Source: an uncultured cyanobacterium
GTDB taxonomy: Bacteria > Cyanobacteriota > Cyanobacteriia > Pseudanabaenales > Pseudanabaenaceae
Length of the DNA: 64,000 bases
Direction: 5' to 3'
NCBI GenBank assembly: GCA_963703315.1
Contig: OY969811.1
Coordinates: 672,001-736,000, forward strand
Numbering within the stretch: the first letter of the stretch is position 1; each line of letters begins with the position of its first letter. Both the position numbers and the translations under genes were made by a program. Below the pieces are notes generated by a model that worked only from the letters and a program-made list of their open reading frames with translations, ran no database searches and had not been told where the DNA came from. Below, piece by piece: positions 19,229 to 29,282 of this stretch.

Positions 19229-19852
19229 ATGTCAACTAAAAAGAAAGTCGGAATTGGGGATTTATTGCGTGATGAAGTCCAAAAAGTTACAGACTTACCA
19301 GTGATTGAAGTCCAAGCAGAAACCATTACCGATACCGTTAGTAAAGTTGCTAGTCGTCCAGCTTTGAGCGCAGAAACCTTTCAGAGTAAAGATGATGGCT
19401 CAAATTCAAAAATCTTGGCTTTGGAATCAGCATTATCTCAATCCCAAAAACGTGAAGTTGAACTGTCCCAAGCGATCGCGGATCTGCAAAAGGATTTGAA
19501 ATTTAGTCAAACCAATGTGGAACTTTTGCAAAAGTCACTGGCGGCGATCGAGCAGCTAAAAAATGAACTAGATCAACAACTGGTAGAAGTTAAACGCGAC
19601 AACTTACGCCTTGCAGAAGCGAATATCCAACTTGCAGAACAAGTCAAGACTGTAAAATCAGCAGATATTCCTGAGACTCCAAGTTCTTCCCAACTAGTTT
19701 CTCAAAGTCCCCAAAATAATAGAGCGACTCCTCGTAAGCAACCTGTCGAGCAACCCTATCCCCATCGCGATCGCACTCCCTATGCGCGTCCAACAGGCTC
19801 TAATGAGCAATTGCAGCGTATAAACAATAAAAATATTGGCTGGATGGACTAA
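19229..19852 (+). CDS. mcdB: Probable type 2 McdB (McdA partner)
   Basis: Basic N-terminus (KKKVGIGDLLRDE), central Q/E-rich coiled coil, disordered tail, C-terminal IGWMD with Trp third from the end. Confidence 0.7.
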   Translation: MSTKKKVGIGDLLRDEVQKVTDLPVIEVQAETITDTVSKVASRPALSAETFQSKDDGSNSKILALESALSQSQKREVELSQAIADLQKDLKFSQTNVELLQKSLAAIEQLKNELDQQLVEVKRDNLRLAEANIQLAEQVKTVKSADIPETPSSSQLVSQSPQNNRATPRKQPVEQPYPHRDRTPYARPTGSNEQLQRINNKNIGWMD

Positions 19853-20062
19853 ACCGTAAAACCGTAAAAGTAAAGGCTTAACAAAGCACCGCCTTTACTT
19901 TTGTGAGACTTGCTAATTGCGACAAAATAAAGAAAATGTAACATTATGCCCAAATTTAAATCAGATGCGCTAAACTATTCTCCGTAAGGTAAAAGTATTT
20001 ATCGGTTGTAGCAATTGTTTTCTGTACTGACAGTTTTTTTCTGTTTCATCGTGACAAGCTTC

Positions 20063-20106
20063 TCTCCGACATCTCTATCTCTACATACTCATTGAATTCT
20101 TGGAGA
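20063..20106 (+). promoter_or_regulatory. rbp 5'-UTR element: TCTCCGA box able to pair with the TTGGAGA RBS
   Basis: tctccga (20063-20069) is complementary, with one G-U pair, to ttggaga (20100-20106); resembles conserved boxes of cyanobacterial rbp leaders. Confidence 0.55.
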
Positions 20107-20113
20107 AAGCATA

Positions 20114-20446
20114 ATGTCTATTTACGTTGGTAACTTGTCCTATGAAGTTACACAAGATCATTTAAAGCCAGTTTTTGAAGACTACGGCAAGGTTACTCGT
20201 GTGCATTTCCCTACCGATCGCGAAACAGGTCGCGCTCGTGGCTTTGCATTCGTAGAAATGAGCCAAGACGCTGAAGAAGATGCAGCCATCACAGCCCTTG
20301 ACGGTGCTGAATGGATGGGTCGCGTCCTCAAGGTTAACAAGGCTAAGCCTCGTGAGAATAATGACTCATTTGGCGGCGGCGGTAATCGTGGCGGCGGCGG
20401 CGGTCGTGGCGGATTCAAATCTGGTGGCGGCGGTGGTCGTTACTAA
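20114..20446 (+). CDS. rbpA: RRM RNA-binding protein with glycine-rich tail
   Basis: RNP2 IYVGNL, RNP1 RGFAFVEM, Gly/Arg-rich C-terminus; exact paralog name uncertain. Confidence 0.9.
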   Translation: MSIYVGNLSYEVTQDHLKPVFEDYGKVTRVHFPTDRETGRARGFAFVEMSQDAEEDAAITALDGAEWMGRVLKVNKAKPRENNDSFGGGGNRGGGGGRGGFKSGGGGGRY

Positions 20447-20577
20447 ATCCATTTTTTAGAGCGCACAGCGCTCTAAAAAAAATAGTAGCTAATTACCCAA
20501 AATAGAGGAGAAAACTTAGTTTTCTCCTCTATTTTGCTATGCTATGCAAAAGTATGCACGCTTAACGTAGGTTTAGC

Positions 20578-22311
20578 ATGGATTTGCAACCATTAGGCAT
20601 TGTGGTTCAGGGTTCCTTAAGCGATGGCTTAGAGGTGAGGCTGAATGGTGAAATTTCAGTCGAAGATATGCGCGTCGGTAAGTTTTTGGTGGTGCATGGT
20701 CGGCATACGCGATTTTTTTGCATTCTCACCGATGTTACTCTCGGCACGGCTAGCCCCCGTATTCTCATGAATCCACCCGATCCTGAGAATACATTTCTAA
20801 CTGAAATTTTGGCAGGGACAGGAACCTTTGGCACAATTAATCTCACGCCGATGTTAATGTTTGTCCCTTCTAATCCCTTTGATTTAATCACCCATAGAGT
20901 TAGTCAAAATAGCGATCGCGTTAAAAAGACTAAACGCAAAAAATCACCAACCTACGAGGTGATCGAAGCAAGCGACTTTCAACTCCTGCCTGTCAAGACA
21001 ATTCCTAGTCATTTCTCGCAAGTATTTGATGCCACTGAACGCGATTTTCGGATTGTGTTTGGTTGGGAGGATGACCCGCACAAGAGAAATTTTGCGATCG
21101 GGCAGCCCATTGATATGCCTGTACCGATTTGTCTTGACCTTGATCGCTTTGTTGAGCGTAGTAATGGCGTATTTGGCAAGTCTGGTACTGGTAAATCTTT
21201 TTTAACGCGCCTTTTATTATCGGGAATTATCCGTAAGCAAGCAGCAGTGAACTTGATTTTTGATATGCACTCGGAATATGGGTGGGAAGCTGCCACTGAA
21301 GGCAAAAGATTTAGTACGGTTAAAGGCTTACGGCAGTTATTTCCCGCACAGGTACAGATTTATACCCTCGATCCTGATTCGACGAAGCGGCGCGGGGTGC
21401 GCGATGCTCAGGAACTTTACATTAGCTATGACCAAATCGATGTGGAAGATTTAATGCTGATTCGTGAAGAGTTAAATCTCTCGGAAGCGAGCTTGGAAAA
21501 TGCGATTATTCTACGGAATGAGTTTGGGAAAACTTGGATTTCGCGGTTGTTAGCGATGACTAATTCCGAAATTCAAGAATTTTGCGAACAGAAAATGGGG
21601 AGTAAATCCTCGATTATGGCGCTTCAGCGTAAACTCACGCGCCTTGATGATCTCAAATATTTGCGCCAGACCTGTCCCGAAAATTACATTAAGCGGATTC
21701 TTGATGCGATCGCCGCAGGTAAACACATCGTGATCGAGTTCGGTTCGCAATCGAATCTACTTTCCTATATGTTGGCGACAAATATTATTACAAGGCGGAT
21801 TCATCACTCCTATGTGCAGCAAGCTGAGCGATTTTTACAGACTAAAAATATTAGCGATCGCCCCCAGCAGCTAACGATCACCATCGAAGAAGCCCATCGT
21901 TTTCTTGCGCCGAATACGGCTAGACAAACTATTTTTGGGACGATCGCCCGTGAGATGCGGAAATATTTTGTGACTTTGCTAATTGTTGATCAGCGTCCAT
22001 CAGGAATTGATAATGAGGTGATGTCCCAAATTGGTACAAGAATTACGGCTTTGCTCAATGATGAGAAAGATATTGATGCAATTTTTACGGGTGTAGCGGG
22101 TAGTGGCAATTTGCGAACAATTTTGTCGAAATTAGATTCTAAGCAGCAAGCGTTAGTATTAGGTCATGCTGTCCCTATGCCTGTAGTTGTCCAAACTCGT
22201 CCCTATGATGAGACTTTCTATCGCGAGATCGGCGAAGTCCCTTGGGAAGAAATTTCGACTCCAGAGGTTTTGCGGGTCGCGGAAGCTGCTAAAGCGGATT
22301 TAGGTTTTTAG
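20578..22311 (+). CDS. HerA/DUF87 family ATPase with N-terminal HAS-barrel-like region
   Basis: GKSGTGKS, FDMHSEY, IEEAH, AREMRKY and DQRP motifs. Confidence 0.85.
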   Translation: MDLQPLGIVVQGSLSDGLEVRLNGEISVEDMRVGKFLVVHGRHTRFFCILTDVTLGTASPRILMNPPDPENTFLTEILAGTGTFGTINLTPMLMFVPSNPFDLITHRVSQNSDRVKKTKRKKSPTYEVIEASDFQLLPVKTIPSHFSQVFDATERDFRIVFGWEDDPHKRNFAIGQPIDMPVPICLDLDRFVERSNGVFGKSGTGKSFLTRLLLSGIIRKQAAVNLIFDMHSEYGWEAATEGKRFSTVKGLRQLFPAQVQIYTLDPDSTKRRGVRDAQELYISYDQIDVEDLMLIREELNLSEASLENAIILRNEFGKTWISRLLAMTNSEIQEFCEQKMGSKSSIMALQRKLTRLDDLKYLRQTCPENYIKRILDAIAAGKHIVIEFGSQSNLLSYMLATNIITRRIHHSYVQQAERFLQTKNISDRPQQLTITIEEAHRFLAPNTARQTIFGTIAREMRKYFVTLLIVDQRPSGIDNEVMSQIGTRITALLNDEKDIDAIFTGVAGSGNLRTILSKLDSKQQALVLGHAVPMPVVVQTRPYDETFYREIGEVPWEEISTPEVLRVAEAAKADLGF

Positions 22312-22343
22312 ATATTAACTAGAGAACATACTCTTCTAAGTGT

Positions 22344-23540
22344 CTAATTACGATTTAGGCGAAATAGTAGGAATTGGGTAAATTGGGATTCGCTAAAATT
22401 ATCATCGCTAACCAAAATGAGACTCTGCGAACCATCGGCTAAACGGGGACCGATCGCCATTCCTTCTAAATTGTCTAGTTTAATCCCAAGGGTTGCTAAA
22501 TCTAGAACTAGATTTTTGCGGATTGATCGCACGTTAGGACTAGAGCGAAAGCTTTTAATTGATGAGGTATCATCAGCGCTACCTGTAGCAATTTGCCAGA
22601 TTTTGGCACTCAATCCTGCCGTGCCATTGGAGCGCTCAAGGGTGAGGAAATGTCCGCCGCGATCAAGAGCGACAAGATCATTTACTCCGATTTGGGTGAC
22701 AGGTGGAGTCATCGCTTCGACAGGATATCGATGCTCGGCAACAATTAGCGGTGCGATGTTCCCAACTAGATAATGCAAAAATCGACTTTCCGATGGTTGG
22801 CTTGCATCGGTTTGGGTATCCTGAGCAAGAGCATTTTCAGTAATTGCAAAAACGCGATAGGGATCGCCGATTGAATCGCGAATTACGATCAATGCTTCAA
22901 AACCAAGATTATCTCTTACTCCCTGTGGTTCTGGATTAGGAAGTTGATTCTTTTGGGGATTTGTTTCTTTTTTAGGCTCGAACAAATAGCGCTGAGGAAT
23001 TGGTAAACTGCGTAGCCATTTCCCTGTCAATAGGTCAAATTCATCGATAAATGACGGAATGCCTTTGCTAGTTACACCTTCACTGGAAATTAGTACTGTG
23101 CGATCGCCTGTTAAGGCAATTCCTTCGGGATCAACTTCGCCCTTAGGATAGGTATTGCCTGTCTTATCTTTGAGGAAATCTACGCCAATTACTTCTACAT
23201 TCTCAAGGTTGGGATGCTCTGGCTCAGAACTGAATTTCAATTTGAGCGCATAAAATCGCGCAGGCGCAAATTCACTGCGATCATCGGAAATGGCATAGAA
23301 AGTATTTTCAAAGCGATCGTAAGTTAGCCCTGATAGACCACCGACGGGAGTATTCTCAAACTTTTGTTTTGGTAATTTATACTCATTAATGAAGTCTAGC
23401 GATACATTCAGAAATGTGCGATCGCTGGCTATTGCTGATGCATGATTAATGCTAAATGTTGCCAAAAATACCAAGCAAAACCCAATTAATAACTTCCAAA
23501 ACTTTTTCAATGAGAACATATACTTATTCACAGGATTCAC
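22344..23540 (-). CDS. Esterase-like activity of phytase family secreted protein
   Basis: GGLSG, ISDDRS, DPEGI, NLGFEAL, DNLEG and VSDDNF motifs; signal peptide. Confidence 0.88.
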   Translation of the reverse strand: MNPVNKYMFSLKKFWKLLIGFCLVFLATFSINHASAIASDRTFLNVSLDFINEYKLPKQKFENTPVGGLSGLTYDRFENTFYAISDDRSEFAPARFYALKLKFSSEPEHPNLENVEVIGVDFLKDKTGNTYPKGEVDPEGIALTGDRTVLISSEGVTSKGIPSFIDEFDLLTGKWLRSLPIPQRYLFEPKKETNPQKNQLPNPEPQGVRDNLGFEALIVIRDSIGDPYRVFAITENALAQDTQTDASQPSESRFLHYLVGNIAPLIVAEHRYPVEAMTPPVTQIGVNDLVALDRGGHFLTLERSNGTAGLSAKIWQIATGSADDTSSIKSFRSSPNVRSIRKNLVLDLATLGIKLDNLEGMAIGPRLADGSQSLILVSDDNFSESQFTQFLLFRLNRN

Positions 23541-24570
23541 AACTAGGACGCGCTACTAGATTTTCGTATGGTTCGATCGCAAAAGGAAGTTGGGGATTCG
23601 TCAATAAATGGCGATCGCACAAATCAAAAAGCTCTTGCTTAGATTGCACCAAGCGCATTCCTGCTAAAAACTTACCTTCCGAATCGATACTTGTCCCGAT
23701 AAAGTTCAAGAACTTCTTCAAACTATTGACATGAGACTTCTCTCTCAAATTATCTTGGTAAGTAATCGCAAATAGATGTTGAATATATTTATGTACATCG
23801 GCAAGGGTAATTACTTGGACAGGTTTACCCGCAAAGCGATCGCGTATTTGTTGAAAAATCCAAGGATTGCGAATTGCCGATCGCCCAATCATTACTCCTG
23901 CCGCGCCCGTTTCTTTTAAGACCTGTTCAGCTTTGAGATAGGAAGTCACATTACCATTGGCTAATACAGGACAATTCACTGTCTGTACTGCCTGACGGAT
24001 CAAGTCGTAATGCACTTCACCGCGATATAACTCTTTAACAGTACGACCATGTAAGCTCAGCAGATCAATTTGATACTGATTGATTAATTGCAAAAGCTTT
24101 TCAAAATGCTCAATTGAGTCAAAACCAACGCGCATTTTCACAGTGAAGAGTCCAGAGATTTGTGATCGCAAAGCATCAAAAATCCGTTCAATAGTTTCAG
24201 GTTCTCGCAGTAATCCGCCACCAACATTTTTGCGATAGACACGCGGCGCAGGACAGCCGAGGTTAAGATCAATTCCTGCGATCGGATATTTCGTAAGCTG
24301 CTGAGCAATCCGCAACATATCAGGAATGCTTTCACCAATTAGCTGTGCAAATACAGGTCTACCCGTCGTATTACAGGTAATTGATTGGAGAATCTTTTTG
24401 TCGAGATTAGAGTTAGTATATACCCGAAAATATTCAGTCACGTAATAATCGGGACAGCCATATTCACTGAGCATTTGCATGAAGGCAAGATCGGTTACGT
24501 CCTGCATCGGCGCGAGTGCAGTCAGTGGTTGTCCAGATAAAATCGGTGGTGGTAAAGATTGAGAAGGCAC
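23524..24570 (-). CDS. tRNA-dihydrouridine synthase family protein
   Basis: LAPMQDVT, DLNLGCP, TVKMR, HGRT, ANGNV and MIGR motifs. Confidence 0.92.
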   Translation of the reverse strand: MPSQSLPPPILSGQPLTALAPMQDVTDLAFMQMLSEYGCPDYYVTEYFRVYTNSNLDKKILQSITCNTTGRPVFAQLIGESIPDMLRIAQQLTKYPIAGIDLNLGCPAPRVYRKNVGGGLLREPETIERIFDALRSQISGLFTVKMRVGFDSIEHFEKLLQLINQYQIDLLSLHGRTVKELYRGEVHYDLIRQAVQTVNCPVLANGNVTSYLKAEQVLKETGAAGVMIGRSAIRNPWIFQQIRDRFAGKPVQVITLADVHKYIQHLFAITYQDNLREKSHVNSLKKFLNFIGTSIDSEGKFLAGMRLVQSKQELFDLCDRHLLTNPQLPFAIEPYENLVARPSCESCE

Positions 24571-24634
24571 AGTTGTTTGATAAACAGCAAAGTGTGAGAC
24601 ATTATCAATTGTTGATGATTAACAAATTTTGCTG

Positions 24635-24970
24635 CTACTTAGAAGACTTTTTAGGGGATTTTGGCATCTTAGTCTTTTTCGTTGCTAGTTTTTGCAGCTT
24701 TTGGACTTGCTTTAGGGATAATCCTGTAAATTTGGCAACTAAATCTATGGAGACACCAGAATTTAACATATTTAAGGCAATTTCATTTGATGCTTCAGCC
24801 TTGCCCTCAACCTTACCCTCCAGCAATATTTCTTGATAAATTACTGACTCTTTCATGATTTCGCTCCTGAGTAATCTTTGGATGATTTCTTTGTCTAGGG
24901 CTATACCAGATATTATAGCTGTGGAGGCTGTGACATGACTTTGCACCTGTTTACTCGAAATTTTATCATT
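24635..24970 (-). pseudogene. C-terminal remnant of an Rpn/DUF4351-type (PD-(D/E)XK putative transposase) gene
   Basis: EIMKESVIYQEILLEGKVEGK..IALNML..GLSL tail typical of Rpn proteins; the N-terminal nuclease domain is missing. Confidence 0.7.
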
Positions 24971-24993
24971 ATTAATATATTCAGGTTCAATCC

Positions 24994-25623
24994 ATGAGCG
25001 ATCGCCCCACTCCCTACAACAGCAAAGATGAGAATAAATCCTCTGAGTATAAACAGGGATCGCTTTTTAGTGAAGGGATTCAGCGTAGTTCGCGAGTCTA
25101 TGACAGTGGTACGAGTTACGAAATGGGAAGTCAGTCTTTGCAAGTGTGGAAACAGGCGATCGCCAAGTATCAAGATGCCATCATCAAAACGATCCCCGCA
25201 GTTCAAACTTCTTTATTTGACTTGCCCTCTAGTCACTGCGATCCCCATACAATTAATCCCTTTACATTACCCATTCACCCTGCGGAGTTCTATCGCTTAC
25301 CAAGTTATAGTGACGATGCCTGCATATATTTTGTGATCGATCTCACTACCGAGGCGCAATCACCCGTGCTACTGTATGTAGGTGAAACGTGCCGTTCTCA
25401 CAAACGATGGAAAGGAGTTCACGACTGCAAACGGTATCTCCTTAATTATCGTGAACTGCATACCACCCACAATCTCCCGACACAAGTTGTCATGACCTTT
25501 TGGTGGGATGCGCCTTCCACCACCAAACCCCGTCAAAAACTAGAAAGAATCTTAATTGAAAAATGGCGATCGCCATTTAATAAAGAAAACTGGAACTTCT
25601 GGGGGACTCCTTTTGTAAATTAA
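24994..25623 (+). CDS. GIY-YIG nuclease family protein
   Basis: CIYFV..LYVGET..RWKGVHDCK..LE..WRSPFNKE motifs. Confidence 0.85.
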   Translation: MSDRPTPYNSKDENKSSEYKQGSLFSEGIQRSSRVYDSGTSYEMGSQSLQVWKQAIAKYQDAIIKTIPAVQTSLFDLPSSHCDPHTINPFTLPIHPAEFYRLPSYSDDACIYFVIDLTTEAQSPVLLYVGETCRSHKRWKGVHDCKRYLLNYRELHTTHNLPTQVVMTFWWDAPSTTKPRQKLERILIEKWRSPFNKENWNFWGTPFVN

Positions 25624-25726
25624 ATCGTCTGTAAATATGTAACTACATATATTTCAGTAATGATTTAACCAATCCTTGTCTGTATCTATTAACTTGATCT
25701 TCCTCTCAATATTTCTAAGGTTATTT

Positions 25727-25915
25727 ATGACTCCTCAAGATATGAATTCTAAACATGATGAATCATGGTTTGCCAAATTTTTTATCGGCAGTATGGTATC
25801 GATCGCTCTTCTTACAGTACTTTTGTCTTTTTTGCCTTCCCCATCAGGATTACGAAATTCACCACAAACTAAAACCTCATTAAGGAATTCACAGAATATA
25901 TCTGCTGTTGCTTGA
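25727..25915 (+). CDS. Small hypothetical protein with one TM helix
   Basis: ATG at 25727 within ORF 25676..25915; one hydrophobic helix; no recognisable family. Confidence 0.4.
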   Translation: MTPQDMNSKHDESWFAKFFIGSMVSIALLTVLLSFLPSPSGLRNSPQTKTSLRNSQNISAVA

Positions 25916-25930
25916 GCGAATTTCTCTTAG

Positions 25931-27118
25931 TTAATTTGACTGATGTTTGACCTTAAAAAAGACAGCCTCAGTTTGTGCAGCCAGCTTATCCCATGCAAAA
26001 CGTTCCCTTAGCTCTGATTGGGCATTATCAACTAAGGTTTGGGCATAGTCTTGATTGTGTAAGATCTCAATAATCCCATCAGCCAACGAATCAGCATCAT
26101 TAACTCGTGTGACGATACCTGTGATCTTGTGTCGCACCACCTCTGGCAATCCCCCTGTATCAGATACCACAAGTGGAATTTTGGCAGCAAAACTCTCAAG
26201 GGCAACGATGCCAAATGGTTCATACAAGCTCGGAAAAACTGCACAATTAGCAACTTTCTGAAATTTCCAAAAATCTGCATCTGCCATAAAGCCAGTAAAC
26301 AAGACTTTGTGATAAATACCGAGATCCCAAGCTTGGCGTTGCAGCAGGATCGAATAAGCATCCCCCGTACCAATAATGACCAAACGCACTTGATCATTCA
26401 TTGTCGCGATCACCTTAGGCATTGCATTGAGCAGAATATAAATTCCTTTTTCATAGGTGATCCGCCCTACAAAATAAATAATTGCTTCCTCTGGCTTAGC
26501 GTATCGCGATCGCAGATCTTCAAGATCATGCTGGCGTTCAGCATTAATTTTTTGCCACCGATCAACGCTCAGACCGTTATAAACTACGTCAGTCTTGTCC
26601 GCAGGGCAATTTAGCGCTCGTTGCAACTCACCCCGCATATATTCAGAGCAAACAATTACCTGATGAGATGCTTGAGTTAAGCGGATTTCTTTATGGTGAA
26701 TATATCTTTGCGTGTCATTGTGAATGCCATTACAACGACCATATTCTGTCGCGTGAATTGTCGTAACTAGTGGGATCTGAAATTCGGTAGTGAGGGCGAT
26801 CGCCACTTCTTCGACTAACCAATCATGGGCATGAATCAAGTCTATAGAATTAGCCGCCAAAAGCTCTCTGGCGAAACTCAGCATATTCACATTCATCTGA
26901 GCAACCCATTGAAAAAAATCATGATTGGTTTCAACAGGAATGCGATGAACATAAATTCCATCAACAATTACTTCTAATGGCTCATTTTCAACTGCAACAG
27001 TGATTAAATGTACCTCATGTCCACGCTTAACGACTTCAGGATATAGCTCTGCTACATGACGAGAAATCCCTCCAATGATGCGTGGTGGGAACTCCCAAGC
27101 TAGAGCGAGAATACGCAT
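25931..27118 (-). CDS. Glycosyltransferase family 4
   Basis: WEFPP..GG, HAHDW, TIHATE, VGR..EKG and PSLYEPFGIVALE motifs. Confidence 0.93.
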   Translation of the reverse strand: MRILALAWEFPPRIIGGISRHVAELYPEVVKRGHEVHLITVAVENEPLEVIVDGIYVHRIPVETNHDFFQWVAQMNVNMLSFARELLAANSIDLIHAHDWLVEEVAIALTTEFQIPLVTTIHATEYGRCNGIHNDTQRYIHHKEIRLTQASHQVIVCSEYMRGELQRALNCPADKTDVVYNGLSVDRWQKINAERQHDLEDLRSRYAKPEEAIIYFVGRITYEKGIYILLNAMPKVIATMNDQVRLVIIGTGDAYSILLQRQAWDLGIYHKVLFTGFMADADFWKFQKVANCAVFPSLYEPFGIVALESFAAKIPLVVSDTGGLPEVVRHKITGIVTRVNDADSLADGIIEILHNQDYAQTLVDNAQSELRERFAWDKLAAQTEAVFFKVKHQSN

Positions 27119-27437
27119 GATATTTAAGTAAGATTTGAACTAGTAAAGACAATGGTAGAAACCAAAATCTAGAGAACTGATGAGCATTAATTAATTAAGC
27201 CTAGTCAAATATACCAACTTTCAATCTATCACAATTGCAATATGTCTTATGTTTCCTGTTTCTACTTGATTTTCAGTAAATAATTTTCAGTAAATAATTT
27301 AGTGATGTGTAGCGCCGCCACTCGCTTCTGGATTTTGTACTGCTAGATGCTGAGAAACATCTCAAGATATGTTACTCTCACTGCATAATTTGTGATACTT
27401 TTCATGGCAACCGTGTGAATTGTGACAGGAGGCAGTT

Positions 27438-28634
27438 ATGACAGAAAACAAAACGAAAGAGGTGATTGAGGGCGTTTCTAAGCAAGTTGGGCAAACTTGG
27501 ACAAAAGTACAGCCGCAGTTGCAAGCGCTATTACTGAAACTTGTTAAAAGTTTGTTGCCTGCGCTGCGTAACCTGCAAGTCAAGCTCACCGAGTCTGATT
27601 TGGCTAAGGCAGAAACAAGCTCAACTAGCAATACTTCCAGTAATCCGACACTAGATAAAGCTCTGAGCATCGGTAAAGCTCTTTCGACTAAAACGATCGC
27701 CGCTTTAATTGTAGCTTTAACAAAACTTCAACAAAGTTTAGAGAAGGAAACAGCTTTAGATGCCACAGGTGAAGCTGCGGGTTTACTCAATGCTTCGACC
27801 GAGCCAGAATCGCCATTGATGACCCAAGTAAAGCAAGAATTTGGCATTGCGTGGAAATTTGTGAAGGAGCAAGTCACTCCCAAAATTTTGGCATTTCTAC
27901 AACTCTCGGTAGACAAGCTTGATCCGATCGCTACTAATATTTGGCAAAAAGCTTCAACAAAGGCAGCCGCAACACCTTCTTTGGTAAATTCTTGGGAAAA
28001 GCTGCAAGAAAATGACGCTTGGAAAAAGACTGTGACTGCGACTGCACCAATTTGGCGCTCAATTAGTGGAATTGCTGTACAGGTTCCCCTATCTGATGAA
28101 GTGAAGCGCATTCTGGATAAGCGGGCTGGTACTGTGGCGTTGGTGACTTTATTTTCACTATTGATTATTCTCAAGCCATCCCACGCCCATAGCCAAAATC
28201 TTAAAAAAGTTGCGAAGGAAGCAGCACCAGTTACTACCATCGCTCAAAAGAAACCGACGGCGGTGAAGCCTGCTCCTTCGGCTAAGCCTATTCCTGTCAA
28301 TGATTTGGTTAAGCCAGAGCGTGGTGATGCCCCATTGACATCTGAACAAATTGCGATCGCCAAGATCCAAACCCAAGTTTCCGAAGTGGCAAACCAATAT
28401 GGTGAATCTTTGCTAGGTTCAGTGCAAACTAACTTTAAGCGTGGACGCTTAATTGTGGCTCTGAATGATGGATGGTATCAACTAGACCCTAGTAAGCAAA
28501 CTCAATTGGTAACTGATTTACAAAATCGCTCGAAATCTCTTAATTTCAAAAAGCTATTTGTTGCTGATGCCGAAAACCATCTCATTGCCCGTACACCTGT
28601 AACTGGCAATGAAGTGATCATTTTAAGAAACTAA
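27438..28634 (+). CDS. Conserved cyanobacterial hypothetical protein (helical N-terminus, TM helix, conserved C-terminal domain)
   Basis: 398-aa ORF with GGAGG RBS; C-terminal WY.L..LIAR.PV.G motif. Confidence 0.65.
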   Translation: MTENKTKEVIEGVSKQVGQTWTKVQPQLQALLLKLVKSLLPALRNLQVKLTESDLAKAETSSTSNTSSNPTLDKALSIGKALSTKTIAALIVALTKLQQSLEKETALDATGEAAGLLNASTEPESPLMTQVKQEFGIAWKFVKEQVTPKILAFLQLSVDKLDPIATNIWQKASTKAAATPSLVNSWEKLQENDAWKKTVTATAPIWRSISGIAVQVPLSDEVKRILDKRAGTVALVTLFSLLIILKPSHAHSQNLKKVAKEAAPVTTIAQKKPTAVKPAPSAKPIPVNDLVKPERGDAPLTSEQIAIAKIQTQVSEVANQYGESLLGSVQTNFKRGRLIVALNDGWYQLDPSKQTQLVTDLQNRSKSLNFKKLFVADAENHLIARTPVTGNEVIILRN

Positions 28635-28654
28635 ACTTAATGCGGCAATTTATA

Positions 28655-28723
28655 CTGTATTGAAAGTTTTTGAAATCGACGCTTCGCGTCGATTTCAAAA
28701 ACCTTCAGTGCAAAGTGCTGTAG
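28655..28723. repeat. Family E palindrome
   Basis: tttttgaaatcgacgc ttc gcgtcgatttcaaaaa with a gctgtag end. Confidence 0.7.
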
Positions 28724-28736
28724 TAGTTAGGTTTTT

Positions 28737-29024
28737 ATGGCAGAAATAAAAGATCAAAGACATCCTCAGTACACCAAAGATCGGCAAATCTTGAATGATT
28801 TATTGACGCAATCTGCACCGAGCAATCGTGACCATGCAGATCTGGCGCGTTTAATTGTGCGCTATAAAGGATTTATCGGTGCGCGTGACATTCAAACTGA
28901 TCTGCTCAAGGTACTTGATAGCTGGCAATTAACGGAAGAAGCATTATTTGCTAAAACTAGGGCGATTCATGCGATCGGCAAAGTGTATATAGCCCAAGAT
29001 GAAGGTCAAGACGATTGGGCTTAG
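28737..29024 (+). CDS. DUF3288 family protein
   Basis: DQRHPQY..DR, LARLIVRY.GF.GARDIQ motifs. Confidence 0.9.
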   Translation: MAEIKDQRHPQYTKDRQILNDLLTQSAPSNRDHADLARLIVRYKGFIGARDIQTDLLKVLDSWQLTEEALFAKTRAIHAIGKVYIAQDEGQDDWA

Positions 29025-29100
29025 AACAAGAGAGTGGCGGTGCTTTGCACCACCACTCTCTAGAATATAAAGTCATGACAATCTGACAGAACTTTACTCT

Positions 29101-29201
29101 TATAGCGTGTTAGGACAAACCCAATAAGAGAGTGGCGGCGCAAAGCGCCGCCACTCTCTTATTGGGTTTTGATTTGTTTAATACAAATGGTGACAGCTAT
29201 A
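29101..29201. mobile_element. Family B MITE-like element; a second core lies at 29030-29062
   Basis: TATAGC..ACAGCTATA ends; aaacccaataagagagtggcggcgc aaa gcgccgccactctcttattgggttt. Confidence 0.8.
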
Positions 29202-29282
29202 TTAAGCTGATAGTCTCTATGTACCAATAGAAAAAGTGTTTATAATAGGCTATTAGATTACCTAAGAGCAAATCAGCGCTGG

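Noticed and set aside
20578..22311. HerA-based anti-phage system
   Set aside because: No Sir2, nuclease or NurA partner is adjacent and the neighbours are housekeeping genes; it looks like the standalone cyanobacterial HerA-like ATPase.
24994..25623. GIY-YIG protein as a homing endonuclease for the dnaB intein
   Set aside because: It lies 12 kb away and resembles a standalone conserved cyanobacterial family; DnaB inteins use LAGLIDADG domains.
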